Source: Chloroflexota bacterium
Lineage (GTDB): Bacteria; Chloroflexota; Limnocylindria; Limnocylindrales; CSP1-4
Direction of reading: 5' to 3'
NCBI GenBank assembly: GCA_016191425.1
Contig: JACPOR010000025.1
Span: forward strand, 14,633-78,632
Length of the DNA: 64,000 nt
Shown one piece after another: positions 1 through 9,851 of the stretch; position 1 is the first letter of the stretch, and every line of letters starts with the position of its first letter. Made by a program: the position numbers and the translations under genes. The notes beneath the pieces were generated by a model. It was not told the DNA's origin and did no database searches. It saw only the letters and a list, made by a program, of their open reading frames with translations.

Positions 1-856
1 CCCATGTTGCTCCCCCGCCCGGGAAGGCATAGCCCGTGCCCGTGGCACCGGCGGCGCAGCGGGTCGCGAGCACCACGGGCGTGCCGTCCTCGATCAGGAT
101 ACGCGCGGCTTCCAGCAGGGAGGCCGATGTGTTCCCGGAGCCGGTCGCCTCGACGACCAGGCCGCTGATCCCTGCGGCCGCGACGGCCCCGATCATCGAT
201 CCATCCATCGCGACATGGGCGGTCACCAGGCGAACCCGCGGATCGGCCCGGTCGCTGCGCACGAACCGGCGGGCGCCACGGGCGCGCAGCCGCGTCAGCC
301 CACTCTCCCCGATGGTCGCGAGCGGCCCGTCGTTGAGGCTCTGGAACGTATCCAACGCCGTGGCGTGGGTCTTCGTGACGTCATCAGCCGCATGGATCGT
401 TCCCGCCATGCAGACGACGACGCCAGCGCCCCGGAATTCCTCCCCTGCCGCCGCCCGCACCGCGTTCCGGAGGTTCTCGGGTCCCTCGTAGCCCGACTCG
501 GAGGCCGACCGCATGGCACCGGTCACGACGACCGGCGTGGCGGCATCGAGGAGGAGATCCCAGAAGAAGGCCGTCTCCTCGAGGACGTCGGTGCCCTGGA
601 CGACCACGACACCATCGATGGCCCGATCGAGCTGGGCTCGCCGGATGGCCGAGCCGATCTCGAAGAGCTGGTCGAAGGTGAAGTGACTCGCCGGTGTTCG
701 GCCCATATCGAGCGGAACGACCTCCGCAATGGATGCCAGCCCGGGCGTCTGCTCGAGAATGGCTGTCCCATCGAGCGATGGGACATTCCCGCCAAGCACC
801 GGGTCGTGGCGCATGCTGATGGTTCCACCCGTGAAGATGACCGCCACGCGGCTCAC
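1..856 (-). CDS. L-asparaginase family protein (partial; C-terminus lies beyond window start)
   Basis: Reverse-strand translation from GTG at 856 reads VSRVAVIFTGGTISMRHDP, followed by VVVQGTDVLEETAFF, VVVTGAMR and EATGSGN, which are classic asparaginase motifs. It is absent from the ORF track because no stop falls inside the window. The start overlaps the upstream gene stop as GTGA. Confidence 0.8.
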   Translation of the reverse strand, partial: MSRVAVIFTGGTISMRHDPVLGGNVPSLDGTAILEQTPGLASIAEVVPLDMGRTPASHFTFDQLFEIGSAIRRAQLDRAIDGVVVVQGTDVLEETAFFWDLLLDAATPVVVTGAMRSASESGYEGPENLRNAVRAAAGEEFRGAGVVVCMAGTIHAADDVTKTHATALDTFQSLNDGPLATIGESGLTRLRARGARRFVRSDRADPRVRLVTAHVAMDGSMIGAVAAAGISGLVVEATGSGNTSASLLEAARILIEDGTPVVLATRCAAGATGTGYAFPGGGATW

Positions 857-2382
857 GCCTTGCTCGATCCCGCGACCTTCGAGCCATCGGACGGGCCACC
901 GGAAGAAGCGGCCGCGCGGGCCGTCTTGTCGTATCGGACGGCCCCGTTCCGGGCGAGAAGGCGCCACAGCGCCCCGTTGATCGCAGCGAGCCAGAGCAGG
1001 CTGAAGAGCGCGACCCGGATGGTTCGGGCAAGTCGCTGCGGCGTGGGCACGCCGCTTCCATCCGGACCAACCTCCCAACGGAGCGCGTCGAATGCCAGGA
1101 CGCCGCCGGCGACCAGGTAGCTTGCCACCAGGCCGACCGGCAGGAGCGGGCGGCCGAACACCAGGCCGCCGACGAGCGCGCCGACGATGATCGGCGGTGC
1201 CGCAAGTTGGGCTCCGTAGGCCGCAAAGTCCCAGCGGGCGCGGAGTGACAGGTGGGCGCTGCGAAGGACACTCGGGCCTAACCCGAACAGGCGGCGGAGT
1301 CCGCCCTCGCTCCACCGCAGCCGCTGGCGCCAGAGGCTTGGCCAGTTCGGGACGGCTTCCTCCCAGACCTCGAGGTCCATGGCCCAGGCGACCGTGATCC
1401 CCTGCCCGGCCGCGAGGCGGGCCGACAGCTCCAGGTCCTCGGTGAGGCTCGCCCCGGGCACGCCACCAACGGCCGCGAGGAGATCGCGTCGGATCGCGAA
1501 GCCATTGCCCCGGAATTCAGAGCAGCCTCCCGACGCATACCGGCCACTTTGGAGCTCCCCATCCTGTGTCTGTTCATCCGCCTGCACCATCGCCAGAACC
1601 GATCGTTCCGGCTCCAGCGTCCGGCGGCGCGCAGTGAGGGCAGGAACCCCGGCCGCCACGTACTGCGCCACGCGACGGAGATAGCCGGGCCCGATCCGGG
1701 CGTCCGCGTCAAGAACCGCCACGACATCCATCTCGCTTCTCTCAGCATGGGCGCTCGCCAGCGCCGCACCCTTTCCGTCAGCGAGTCCCGAGCCCTCACG
1801 GCGCAGGACCGAGGTCACGGCTTCGAGGCCATGCTGGGCGGCGGACGCCTTCGTGACGACGCCGGTGCCATCGGTCGAGCGGTCGTCGACCACGGTCACC
1901 CTGAATCGGGGTGACCCGTCGGGATCGCGATGATCCTGGGCGCCGAGGTCGGCCATGAGGTTCGGGATGACGCCTGCCTCATCCCGGCCGCCGATGAGCA
2001 CGAGGACGGTCGGCAGGGGTCGTGACGCAACTGCCTCGAGCGCGCCCGACTCGATCGGGGGTCGGCGGCTTGCGCGCAGGATCGGTATGACACCGACGGC
2101 CAGGGCCACGGGGAGCCCGACGGCGATCCATACGTCGATCGCGCCGCCGGGCGCGATGACGCCGAGGGCAAGACCGCCGACCAGGATGATCCCCGCGCCA
2201 ACACGCCAGGTGGCGGGCGTCGTGATCGGACCGCCGTGGTCCTCGACGGACGACAGTCCCGCAGCCGATTCCGCTTCCGGGTCCACGTCGGCATGCTCAG
2301 TCACGCGTATCGGGCTCCGAGGTCCGGCCCGGACCGTCGTCGCTTCGTCTGGCCAGGCCGATCGGATCCATCGCGGTTCCAT
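853..2382 (-). CDS. membrane glycosyltransferase family 2
   Basis: Motifs VVDDRSTDGT, LDADA and WRQRLRWSEG (QxxRW-like), flanked by TM segments. The start is uncertain; an alternative GTG at 2304 would overlap the MFS stop by 8 nt. Confidence 0.8.
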   Translation of the reverse strand: MEPRWIRSAWPDEATTVRAGPRSPIRVTEHADVDPEAESAAGLSSVEDHGGPITTPATWRVGAGIILVGGLALGVIAPGGAIDVWIAVGLPVALAVGVIPILRASRRPPIESGALEAVASRPLPTVLVLIGGRDEAGVIPNLMADLGAQDHRDPDGSPRFRVTVVDDRSTDGTGVVTKASAAQHGLEAVTSVLRREGSGLADGKGAALASAHAERSEMDVVAVLDADARIGPGYLRRVAQYVAAGVPALTARRRTLEPERSVLAMVQADEQTQDGELQSGRYASGGCSEFRGNGFAIRRDLLAAVGGVPGASLTEDLELSARLAAGQGITVAWAMDLEVWEEAVPNWPSLWRQRLRWSEGGLRRLFGLGPSVLRSAHLSLRARWDFAAYGAQLAAPPIIVGALVGGLVFGRPLLPVGLVASYLVAGGVLAFDALRWEVGPDGSGVPTPQRLARTIRVALFSLLWLAAINGALWRLLARNGAVRYDKTARAAASSGGPSDGSKVAGSSKA

Positions 2383-3739
2383 GGAGCATCGTTTCGGCCG
2401 TCGCCAATTCCTCGGCCGGCATGAGATGACCGCGCTTCACGATCGAGGCGACGCCCGAGACCAGGATCAGGGCCGCGACGATGAGCAGGACCTGGGTCGT
2501 CCCGATGAGGTCCGAGATCGGACCGACGATGATGATGGGGAGGAAACTGCCGACCGAGACGAGCATGTTCAGGACGCCGAAGACACGCCCCCGGACCTCC
2601 TCCGGCAGGTCCTCCTGGAGTTGCGTCTGGCTGGAAATGGCGACGATCCCGTAGGCGATGCCCGCCAGGAACGCCATCACGATGACCACGGCCACGAGCG
2701 TCGTCACGGCGCCGACATCGCTCACCAGGGATGTTGCACCAGCCAGCGCGCGGCTGACGGGGCCGGCAATCGTCAGGGCCGCAAGGAGCAGGCCGAGGGC
2801 AATGAGCCCCCCTTCGATGGCCCGCCGTCGGGGGACGTATCGCCCGTACGAATTCAGGATGAGGACCCCCATCACGATCCCGGTTCCGAGGGGCAGCACC
2901 ACGAGAATCAGGTCCTGTGTCCCGAGACCGAGTGTGGCCTGGGCGAATTTTGGACCGAGGACGCCGATGACGCCGACCAGCGACGCGGCGATGCCGAGGT
3001 AGATGAGGGACCAGCTGATCGCCCGATTCGATCGGATGTATGCGGCACCCTCACCCAGCTGCGAGAACGTTCCGTGCACGGCGATTTCGGCGCTGTGAAC
3101 GGGACCGAGCGGCTCGTCCGGCGCATCCGTCGGCGGGTTGGACGGCAGCGTCAAGCAGAAGATCGCCGAGATGGCGTACAGCACCGCGACGACAAGGATG
3201 ACCGGGGCCGGGCCGCCGGACACCTTCACGATGAGCGGACCCAGCAGGGCATAGCCGAGGGCAAAGGCGCCGTTGAGCGTCAGGGTGAACAGCCCGTTGG
3301 CGCTGACGAGCTGATGGCGCGGCACGAGGTGCGGAATCATCGCTGCCTCGGCCGGCGCGAAGAACACGGTCAGGGCCGAGACGACGATGTTGAGCAGGAG
3401 GATCATCGAGACGTCCGGACCGACCGCCCAGATCGCGACGAGCACCCCCGCTCTCAGGATGTTCGTCGTCACGAGGACCAGGCGGCGATCGAGCCGATCG
3501 ACGAAGACGCCGGCGACGGCCGAGAAGAGGACCGCCGGAACCAGGAACGTGAGGAACAACAGCGACACGGCCGAGGAGAGGTTCGTCGAGTCCAGGACCA
3601 CGACCGTCAGGCCGTAGAGGACCATGTTCGAACCGACCTGCGTCGCGAGCTGGGATAGCCACAGGAGCAGGAACGGCCGATTGCGGAGGACTGCCGCGGT
3701 ACCGGTGCCGCCGATGGCAGCGGGCGCCTCCGCGATCAC
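2297..3739 (-). CDS. MFS transporter
   Basis: About 12 hydrophobic helices. The N-terminus LRNRPFLLLWLSQLATQVGSNM is typical of the MFS_3/enterobactin-exporter-like family. The chosen start is GTG at 3739, which overlaps the DUF951 stop (GTGA); the ORF-track start at 3919 would overlap DUF951. Confidence 0.8.
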   Translation of the reverse strand: MIAEAPAAIGGTGTAAVLRNRPFLLLWLSQLATQVGSNMVLYGLTVVVLDSTNLSSAVSLLFLTFLVPAVLFSAVAGVFVDRLDRRLVLVTTNILRAGVLVAIWAVGPDVSMILLLNIVVSALTVFFAPAEAAMIPHLVPRHQLVSANGLFTLTLNGAFALGYALLGPLIVKVSGGPAPVILVVAVLYAISAIFCLTLPSNPPTDAPDEPLGPVHSAEIAVHGTFSQLGEGAAYIRSNRAISWSLIYLGIAASLVGVIGVLGPKFAQATLGLGTQDLILVVLPLGTGIVMGVLILNSYGRYVPRRRAIEGGLIALGLLLAALTIAGPVSRALAGATSLVSDVGAVTTLVAVVIVMAFLAGIAYGIVAISSQTQLQEDLPEEVRGRVFGVLNMLVSVGSFLPIIIVGPISDLIGTTQVLLIVAALILVSGVASIVKRGHLMPAEELATAETMLHGTAMDPIGLARRSDDGPGRTSEPDTRD

Positions 3740-3984
3740 GCGAGGCGCACCGATTGAGGCTGCACGGCCGCCGTCATCGCCGGATCGCCACGCTCGACGA
3801 ACGCCGTCAGGCGAACATCGAGGGCCCTCCGTTCGAGCATCACGTGGCGGCCGCACGACCGGCAGCGCAGCCCGATGTCGGCACCGAGACGATCCACCAA
3901 CCAGGTGTCGCCGCCGCACGCATGGCGCCGCCGAAGCCGTATGACGTCACCGAGAAGCAGATCGAGAACTGGTCGACTTGGCAT
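3736..3984 (-). CDS. DUF951 family small zinc-ribbon-like protein
   Basis: 82 aa with the pattern GDVIRLRRRHACGGDTWLVDRLGADIGLRCRSCGRHVMLERR, which matches the conserved DUF951 layout (CG...C..CGR). Confidence 0.7.
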   Translation of the reverse strand: MPSRPVLDLLLGDVIRLRRRHACGGDTWLVDRLGADIGLRCRSCGRHVMLERRALDVRLTAFVERGDPAMTAAVQPQSVRLA

Positions 3985-3997
3985 CCGGGCGAGGGTA

Positions 3998-4672
3998 TCA
4001 GAGGCTCGGCTTCCCGTTGATCGGCGTGAGATCCCGCTGGGTCGCCGGGACCGTGATCGCGTCGAGCGGGGTCACGGAGATGCTCAGGTCCGGGAAGCTG
4101 ACGCTGAGCTGGGCGATGATTCCCCCGGCCCGCGTCAGGGAGCCGGTGAGGATCTCGGGACTCCCGATGGCCCGGATCTCGAAGGAGGCGCCGAGGATCG
4201 CATTCTCGACCGAGAGGCCACCGACCGGTCCCGCCACCACGGAACCCGGCACGATTCGGACTCCCTCGATCGCGATCGCCTCCGCACCGGCGTTGTGCAG
4301 CTCGTTCAGGAAGTCCTCGACACCCTGACCATCGACTGAGCCGCTCACGCGGACGGAGATCCCGGAACCGGCGACATCGCGGAGCCCCGCCCAGGCCTGG
4401 ATGCGATCAAGGTCGGCCCGAATCTGTCCGGCGGCACTCTCACCTCGGGCCCGTGACTCGGTCAGGCTCGCGAGCTGACGTTCGAGCGTCGCCACTTCTC
4501 CCCGAAGCTCCTCGTTCTGCGTATTGAGATTGGCCACGAGCAGCGTGAGGTCCTGCGCGGTCTGGTTCGCGAGACCGGTGTTGGCACCCACGCTCCGGAT
4601 CTGGGCCACGACGAGCACGCCGAGCAGCATCGCCACCACGGCGATGCTGATCCGGTTCCGTGCCTTGCCCAT
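3998..4672 (-). CDS. DUF881 domain-containing membrane protein
   Basis: N-terminal TM helix, a coiled-coil segment, then a C-terminal GVEDFLNELHNAGAEAIAIEGVRIV block typical of DUF881 (YlxW/YlxX-like). Confidence 0.8.
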   Translation of the reverse strand: MGKARNRISIAVVAMLLGVLVVAQIRSVGANTGLANQTAQDLTLLVANLNTQNEELRGEVATLERQLASLTESRARGESAAGQIRADLDRIQAWAGLRDVAGSGISVRVSGSVDGQGVEDFLNELHNAGAEAIAIEGVRIVPGSVVAGPVGGLSVENAILGASFEIRAIGSPEILTGSLTRAGGIIAQLSVSFPDLSISVTPLDAITVPATQRDLTPINGKPSL

Positions 4673-4675
4673 CGC

Positions 4676-5422
4676 TCAGGACCCCGCCGGAACGATGCGC
4701 ATGTAGCGGACCGTCACATTGCCGGCATAGGCCGGGATTGTGACCGTCTCGAGCTCCGCGAAGGACAGGCGCAGGCCCGCGAGGTTCACCCGATCCTGGA
4801 CGAACTCGACGAACGAGGCCGCACCCGTGATCCTGGAATACAGGTCGGCTGGTCCGATGGCCCGGATCTCGTAGGGCGGTGCGAGGTAGGCACTGTTGAC
4901 CAGGATCGAGTTCCCGATGTCGAGCACGGCGCTCGTACCGACGATCCGCTCGCCGTTGACCGACACCGCTTCCGCACCGGCGAGCCAGAGTTCCTGGATG
5001 ACGATCCGCACGTCGCGGGCAGTCACCAGCCCGTCGGCGGATCCGGGATTGCCGACCGCGTCGGCATCCTCGAGGCGGAAGACCAGGCCGGAACCGGTCA
5101 GCTGGACGAGTCCGGCCTGGATTCTCGCCCGCTCCAGGTCCGCGTTGAGTGCCTTCTCCTGGGCGGCCGAGCCCGGCAGTTGGGCATCGGTGACGCTGAT
5201 CTGGTTGCGGAGGTCAAGGATTCGGGCCTTCAGGGCATCCTGCTGCGATTGGAGTCCGAGCACCGTCTCGATGAGGGGCGCTCGTTCCTGGCTGGTGTAG
5301 CGGATTCGCGGGCCCTCGGCGCTGAGCTGGGCGGCGATGAGGAAGCCAAGACCAAGCAGCGCGACGGACAGGGTCACCTGCCAGCTTGGTATGGCCCTGA
5401 GCCGCTCGCCGAAGGTGCTCAC
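4676..5422 (-). CDS. DUF881 domain-containing membrane protein (paralog)
   Basis: Same architecture as the neighbouring gene, with VIQELWLAGAEAVSVNGERIV. Separated from its paralog by 3 nt. Confidence 0.8.
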   Translation of the reverse strand: MSTFGERLRAIPSWQVTLSVALLGLGFLIAAQLSAEGPRIRYTSQERAPLIETVLGLQSQQDALKARILDLRNQISVTDAQLPGSAAQEKALNADLERARIQAGLVQLTGSGLVFRLEDADAVGNPGSADGLVTARDVRIVIQELWLAGAEAVSVNGERIVGTSAVLDIGNSILVNSAYLAPPYEIRAIGPADLYSRITGAASFVEFVQDRVNLAGLRLSFAELETVTIPAYAGNVTVRYMRIVPAGS

Positions 5423-6915
5423 CGGTCGGCGGCGCCATCGACGCTGGCAGGAGAGTCCACCACGTCCTCGTCGGCCATCAGCTCATCCTGCGATTGGGAG
5501 GACTCTGCCTCCTCCGAGGTCACGGCGCCGGTCAGGGTCGCACTCCGCAGGGTCGATCGCCGGCGAGCCCACAGGGCGATCATGAGGACGATCACGAACG
5601 CAAGCGCGAACGAACCTGCGATCACCGTTGGAATGGAACTCCCGCTGGCTTGCGGACCCGGGGCGCTGACGGGTCCCTCCGAGGTCGCGGGTGTCGGCGC
5701 TCCGGAATCGCCCGCGATGGTTCCCGGTGTCGGCGCGGGGCCGCCCCAGTCGGCGGGCACAGGCCCGGCCGGAGCCGGTTTCGGACCGAATGGACTCGGT
5801 GTCGGGGCGCCGATCGAGTCGAGCCACGCTGCTTCGAACCCGGCCACGTCCACACCGAGGGCCGCGCGGAACGTCTCGTCATCGGAAACGCCGTCGGCGT
5901 AGGAGCGAACCAGCTTCACCATGGCGTCGGGACCGTAGCGATCAACCAGGAAGGTGACCGAGGCGACGCTCTCCGCGTAGGCCAGGTAGAACCGCTCCCG
6001 GGTCGTCGGGAACTGGGCTGCGAGGGCACGCAGGGGTATCAGGGTCCCGGCCGAAACAGCCGAGCCGACGGCGCTTCGATCGCTCTGGCCATATCCCTCC
6101 GACAGGTTGACAGCGATGCCCTCGTTCAACCAGCGCGGTGGGTAGTGGTACGCGTTGTCGACGGCGGAGTCGAATACGAGGTGCGTCAGCTCGTGGGGAA
6201 TGACGACCCCGACCCACGGGTCGTCGACCGCGTCGGGTCCGATATTGGCGAACAGCGTTCGAATCTCCGGATGTGCCTCTCCGCCGACGTTCTCGCGCGT
6301 GCCCGGCCCGAGGACGTCGTAGAACGCCTGCCGATTCCCGTACACGTAGACGTCGATCGGGTTCTGTTCGGCGACGCCGAGGAGCGAGCTCACCGACCGG
6401 ACCGCCTCGTCGCCGATCTGCATCGCCCTCTGACCGAAGCTGCTGCCCCCATCGACCCAGTGCACCGTGACGAAGTCACCGGTCACGGTCTTCCACGCAT
6501 AGCGCGTGTCCTCATACTCAACGGTCGTTGACGGTCCGGTCGCGGTTGAACCGTCGGCGAACGCCAGACGGAAACGCGCCGTGACGTTCGTGTTGGGAAG
6601 CAGGTACCCGCCCGGGGTCTCGAGGGACCAGGTGAGCTTTGCGGTCCCATTCCTCACGCTCGTCTCGACATCGGCCACGAGCGACCGCCGCGACCCTTCG
6701 ATGTCGACCACGATCTCGACGCGAGAGACGTCAGGCGTCACCGTCGCGGTCCCCGTGAACGTGATCGCGGACAGGAAGACGACCTTCGCCGCCGGAGCGC
6801 TGACGCCCGGTGTCGCCGCCAGCGCGACGGACGCCCCGGCGCCGAGCGGCACGAGTGCCATCACGAGCACCAGCAGCACGCATCCGACGGCGGATCGCAT
6901 CAATCTCAGCGCCAT
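5419..6915 (-). CDS. secreted/anchored zinc metallopeptidase-like protein (peptidase MA-like, HExxH)
   Basis: Signal peptide, HELTHLVF (HExxH) followed by NEGIAV, then a Pro-rich linker, a C-terminal TM helix and an acidic tail. Confidence 0.65.
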   Translation of the reverse strand: MALRLMRSAVGCVLLVLVMALVPLGAGASVALAATPGVSAPAAKVVFLSAITFTGTATVTPDVSRVEIVVDIEGSRRSLVADVETSVRNGTAKLTWSLETPGGYLLPNTNVTARFRLAFADGSTATGPSTTVEYEDTRYAWKTVTGDFVTVHWVDGGSSFGQRAMQIGDEAVRSVSSLLGVAEQNPIDVYVYGNRQAFYDVLGPGTRENVGGEAHPEIRTLFANIGPDAVDDPWVGVVIPHELTHLVFDSAVDNAYHYPPRWLNEGIAVNLSEGYGQSDRSAVGSAVSAGTLIPLRALAAQFPTTRERFYLAYAESVASVTFLVDRYGPDAMVKLVRSYADGVSDDETFRAALGVDVAGFEAAWLDSIGAPTPSPFGPKPAPAGPVPADWGGPAPTPGTIAGDSGAPTPATSEGPVSAPGPQASGSSIPTVIAGSFALAFVIVLMIALWARRRSTLRSATLTGAVTSEEAESSQSQDELMADEDVVDSPASVDGAADR

Positions 6916-8498
6916 GCGAGACCCGCCGACCGGAGGATCCCGAGACCGTTCTCATCAGCGCCGAGCAGTCCGTCCCGGGCCAGCGCCCAACCGTCGCCAT
7001 AGGACAGTGGGACCACCGGAGCCTCGTCCCGGACAACCGCCAGAGCTCGTTCAAAGGCGGCCAGGGCGGCGCTCGCATCCCGCGTCCCGAGTGCATCCGC
7101 GATGGCTCCGTCGAACACGGAGGACGACCAGTGGCCGTAGTTGTTGGAGCTCCCGGTTCCCAGCAGGACGCCGAGGAAGTCGTTGGCTCCCGGGTAGTCC
7201 GCGACCCAGCCGAGGGACCACATTGCCGGTGGATCCGCGGCGAGACGGCCGAAGTGATCGTCGACCTCCTCCAGGCGGATCGTCACGCCGAGCTCCCGTC
7301 GAAGGTCCTCGGCAATGCCCTCCGCCGGGCCGATCCCGCCAGCGGCGAACGTGACCGGCGGAAGGCCGGCACCGCCCGGATACCCGGCGGAGGCGAGCAA
7401 CTGCCGAGCCGCCTGCGGGTCGTGGGCAGGCAGCCAGTCACGGTCTCCCCCGCCGGGGATCCCGGTCGGAACCATGCTGTCCGCGGGCGTGAGGTCGCCC
7501 GACGCCGCAAGTTCCGTGATCCTTGTCCAATCGACCGCCTGGGCGAATGCCTGCCGGACCCGGACATCGTTGAACGGCGGCCGGTCGGTGGTGAAGCCGA
7601 TGAAGATGAGGGACAGCGACGGCACGAGGCGAAGCTGCGGCCCGAGCGTTTCGTCATACCTGATCCAGGCCGCATCCGCCGAGCTGATCGGCGTGTAATC
7701 GACGTCGCCGGCCTCGAATGCGGCCACGGGGCTTCGACCACCGATCGTGGTGAGGAAACGGACTGTCGGGATGGCCGGCGGACCGGCCCAGTAGCGGGAA
7801 TTTGCCCCGAGCGTGAATTCCGTGTCGGTGATGGCCTTGATGACGTAGGCCCCGCTGCTCGGTACGGAGGCTGAATCCGCGGCGACCCCATCGCGCCACA
7901 TCTGGGCCGGTACCACGCCGAACGTCGGGCTGGACACGATCGACGGGAAGTCGGCACCGGGACGCTCGAGGTCCACGATCACGTCGAGCCCATCCGCCCG
8001 CAGGCCCACCCTTGTCGGGTCGGTCTCGCGGCCCGCGAGGTACTCGGCCGCGCCACGAACGTCGAGAAGCAGCGAAGCGAGTTGCGAGGGACGGCTCGGG
8101 TTGATGATGCGAAGCCAGCTCTGGACCACGTCTTCAGCGGTCAGTGCCGCGCCGTCGGAGAACACCAGACCCGACCGGAGATGGAACACGATCCGACGGC
8201 CATCGTCGGAGACATCCCACGAACGCGCCAGCGCCGGGCGGAGCGTGAGCTGGAGGTCGAAAGTTGTCAGCGATTCATACAACTGAGCCGAGTACGCGGC
8301 CGAACCGATGTCGCTCTGAAGCGCGGGGTCGAGGGTCGATGGGTCGCCAGACAGGATCGTGACGTCCGTACGTGTCGCTCCCGCGGCGATGGGACTCCAG
8401 GGTCCGCTGCCCGCCAGACCGAGGACGATCCCAATAGCAGCCAGGAGCGGCCACAGTCCGCGGTTCCCGTCACGACGCGACGGGCTCAGGAGAGCCAC
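6906..8498 (-). CDS. ABC transporter substrate-binding protein, family 5 (peptide/nickel type)
   Basis: Long periplasmic-binding-protein sequence (ILSGDPSTLDPALQSD..., YSAQLYESLTTFD, VADYPGANDFL) with an N-terminal hydrophobic anchor LWPLLAAIGIVLGLAG. The start is set at GTG 8498. The longer ORF-track start at 8828 adds an implausible Arg/Pro-rich leader. Confidence 0.8.
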   Translation of the reverse strand: MALLSPSRRDGNRGLWPLLAAIGIVLGLAGSGPWSPIAAGATRTDVTILSGDPSTLDPALQSDIGSAAYSAQLYESLTTFDLQLTLRPALARSWDVSDDGRRIVFHLRSGLVFSDGAALTAEDVVQSWLRIINPSRPSQLASLLLDVRGAAEYLAGRETDPTRVGLRADGLDVIVDLERPGADFPSIVSSPTFGVVPAQMWRDGVAADSASVPSSGAYVIKAITDTEFTLGANSRYWAGPPAIPTVRFLTTIGGRSPVAAFEAGDVDYTPISSADAAWIRYDETLGPQLRLVPSLSLIFIGFTTDRPPFNDVRVRQAFAQAVDWTRITELAASGDLTPADSMVPTGIPGGGDRDWLPAHDPQAARQLLASAGYPGGAGLPPVTFAAGGIGPAEGIAEDLRRELGVTIRLEEVDDHFGRLAADPPAMWSLGWVADYPGANDFLGVLLGTGSSNNYGHWSSSVFDGAIADALGTRDASAALAAFERALAVVRDEAPVVPLSYGDGWALARDGLLGADENGLGILRSAGLAWR

Positions 8499-8885
8499 CA
8501 GCCGGGCCCGCGGACGGTCCCTCCGGCCTCGACCAGGCGGACCAGCCGGATCACCGGGACCGCCGTTCGGGCGCGAGCGGCCCAGACATACCGATCGCCC
8601 GAAACGCCGAGGAGAAGGGCCGCGACACAGACGAATCGGCGCATCGCCGGAGTATAGGGCTGGCCCCGGTCGAGGCCGGTGGTGCGCCCGCCAGGGGGAG
8701 AGCGGCACAGTCCCGGCACAGTCCCGGCACAGTCTCGCAAGCGGCTCAGCCGCGCTCCTGAAACATCGAGAGACCTCGTGCCAGGCACCGCCGGGGGAAC
8801 GGTGCGAACGACACAAGGCCTCTTGCATGCATCAACGAACAGGTTCGAGATTTGTTAGGGCCGCGAGTCAGGTTCCCGCGAGGGG

Positions 8886-9851
8886 TCATTCGGGTCCGCG
8901 CCCGAGGAGATCCGGTCGATCACGAAACTTCTTGAACACGCGATAGAAGTTCCGCCTTGCCTGCCGTGTGGCGTCGGGAGCCTCCTGTGCGGGCACGTCG
9001 AACCCGTCAATCGGTTGAACCGGCAGGCCGCCAATGACGACCGCCCTCCGTACCGGATCGCCGGCAACGACACCGGTTCCGGCACGAAGCGTGAGACTCC
9101 ACCACGAATCGACATGCCGGCCGGAGACGAGTCCCTCATCGATCGGCGCCGCGGAGATGCCGTCGGCACGACGAAACGCGAGAACGCCCCTCGCAATCGT
9201 CGTTGCGTCGCCCGGATCCCGAACATCCTCGATCGCCCTCAGGTCCGGTGTCCGACGACCGCGGGCACCGGCCACGGCGACGTCGGCATCGGACAGCGCC
9301 GAGACCAGCGGCGTGATGAAGTCACCGACCGGCTCGAGTTCGGGGTCGAGCAGGATCACCACCTCCCCAACGGCCCGGCGCAGGCCGATGTTGATGGCCG
9401 CTGCAGCTCCGAGGGGCGTCGCCGTTCGGATCACTTCGACATCCGTCGGGAGGATTCCGAGTTCGGACTCGAGCCCCGGATTCGGCCCGTCGAGAAGGAC
9501 CAGCAACTGGTCCTCGGCACCGAGCTGCGCGCTCGCGCCCGAGATCGAGCGACCCGCCGAGGCCGGAGCGTCCGTGGCGACGATGAGCACCGTCGCGCGG
9601 GCGGTCGCCTCCTCCTCCATTCTGCTCGGAACGGCGGCGGAACGGCCGTAGCGGACCAGGTCGCCATCGACCGCGTCGGGCGGCGAGGCGGGCTCGAGAC
9701 GGAAGTTCGTGCCGCTGTCTATCACCCGCCAGCCGGCCGCCACGATCTCGTCGCGAAGCCGATCCGCCTCGCCCCACTGGCGCGTCGCACGAGCGGCCGA
9801 GCGGGCGTGCGCGGCGTCGAGAACCGTTTGCGGGACGTACGGACGATTCAC
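8886..9851 (-). CDS. fusion protein: CysRS C-terminal-like helical domain plus GT-A glycosyltransferase-like domain
   Basis: The N-terminus ARATRQWGEADRLRDEIVAAGWRVIDSGTNFRLEP resembles the C-terminal tail of cysteinyl-tRNA synthetase. The remainder resembles a nucleotide-diphospho-sugar transferase fold (VLIVATD..., ILLDPELEP). Confidence 0.55.
   Translation of the reverse strand: MNRPYVPQTVLDAAHARSAARATRQWGEADRLRDEIVAAGWRVIDSGTNFRLEPASPPDAVDGDLVRYGRSAAVPSRMEEEATARATVLIVATDAPASAGRSISGASAQLGAEDQLLVLLDGPNPGLESELGILPTDVEVIRTATPLGAAAAINIGLRRAVGEVVILLDPELEPVGDFITPLVSALSDADVAVAGARGRRTPDLRAIEDVRDPGDATTIARGVLAFRRADGISAAPIDEGLVSGRHVDSWWSLTLRAGTGVVAGDPVRRAVVIGGLPVQPIDGFDVPAQEAPDATRQARRNFYRVFKKFRDRPDLLGRGPE

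Noticed and set aside
8486-8788. Small ORF MRRFVCVAALLLGVSG... behind a TATACT hexamer upstream of the substrate-binding protein gene
   Set aside because: It looks like a signal peptide, but it lacks a lipobox or cleavage site and has no -35 element. It overlaps the SBP start region, and the SBP frame already has its own hydrophobic anchor. It is most likely 5-prime UTR sequence.
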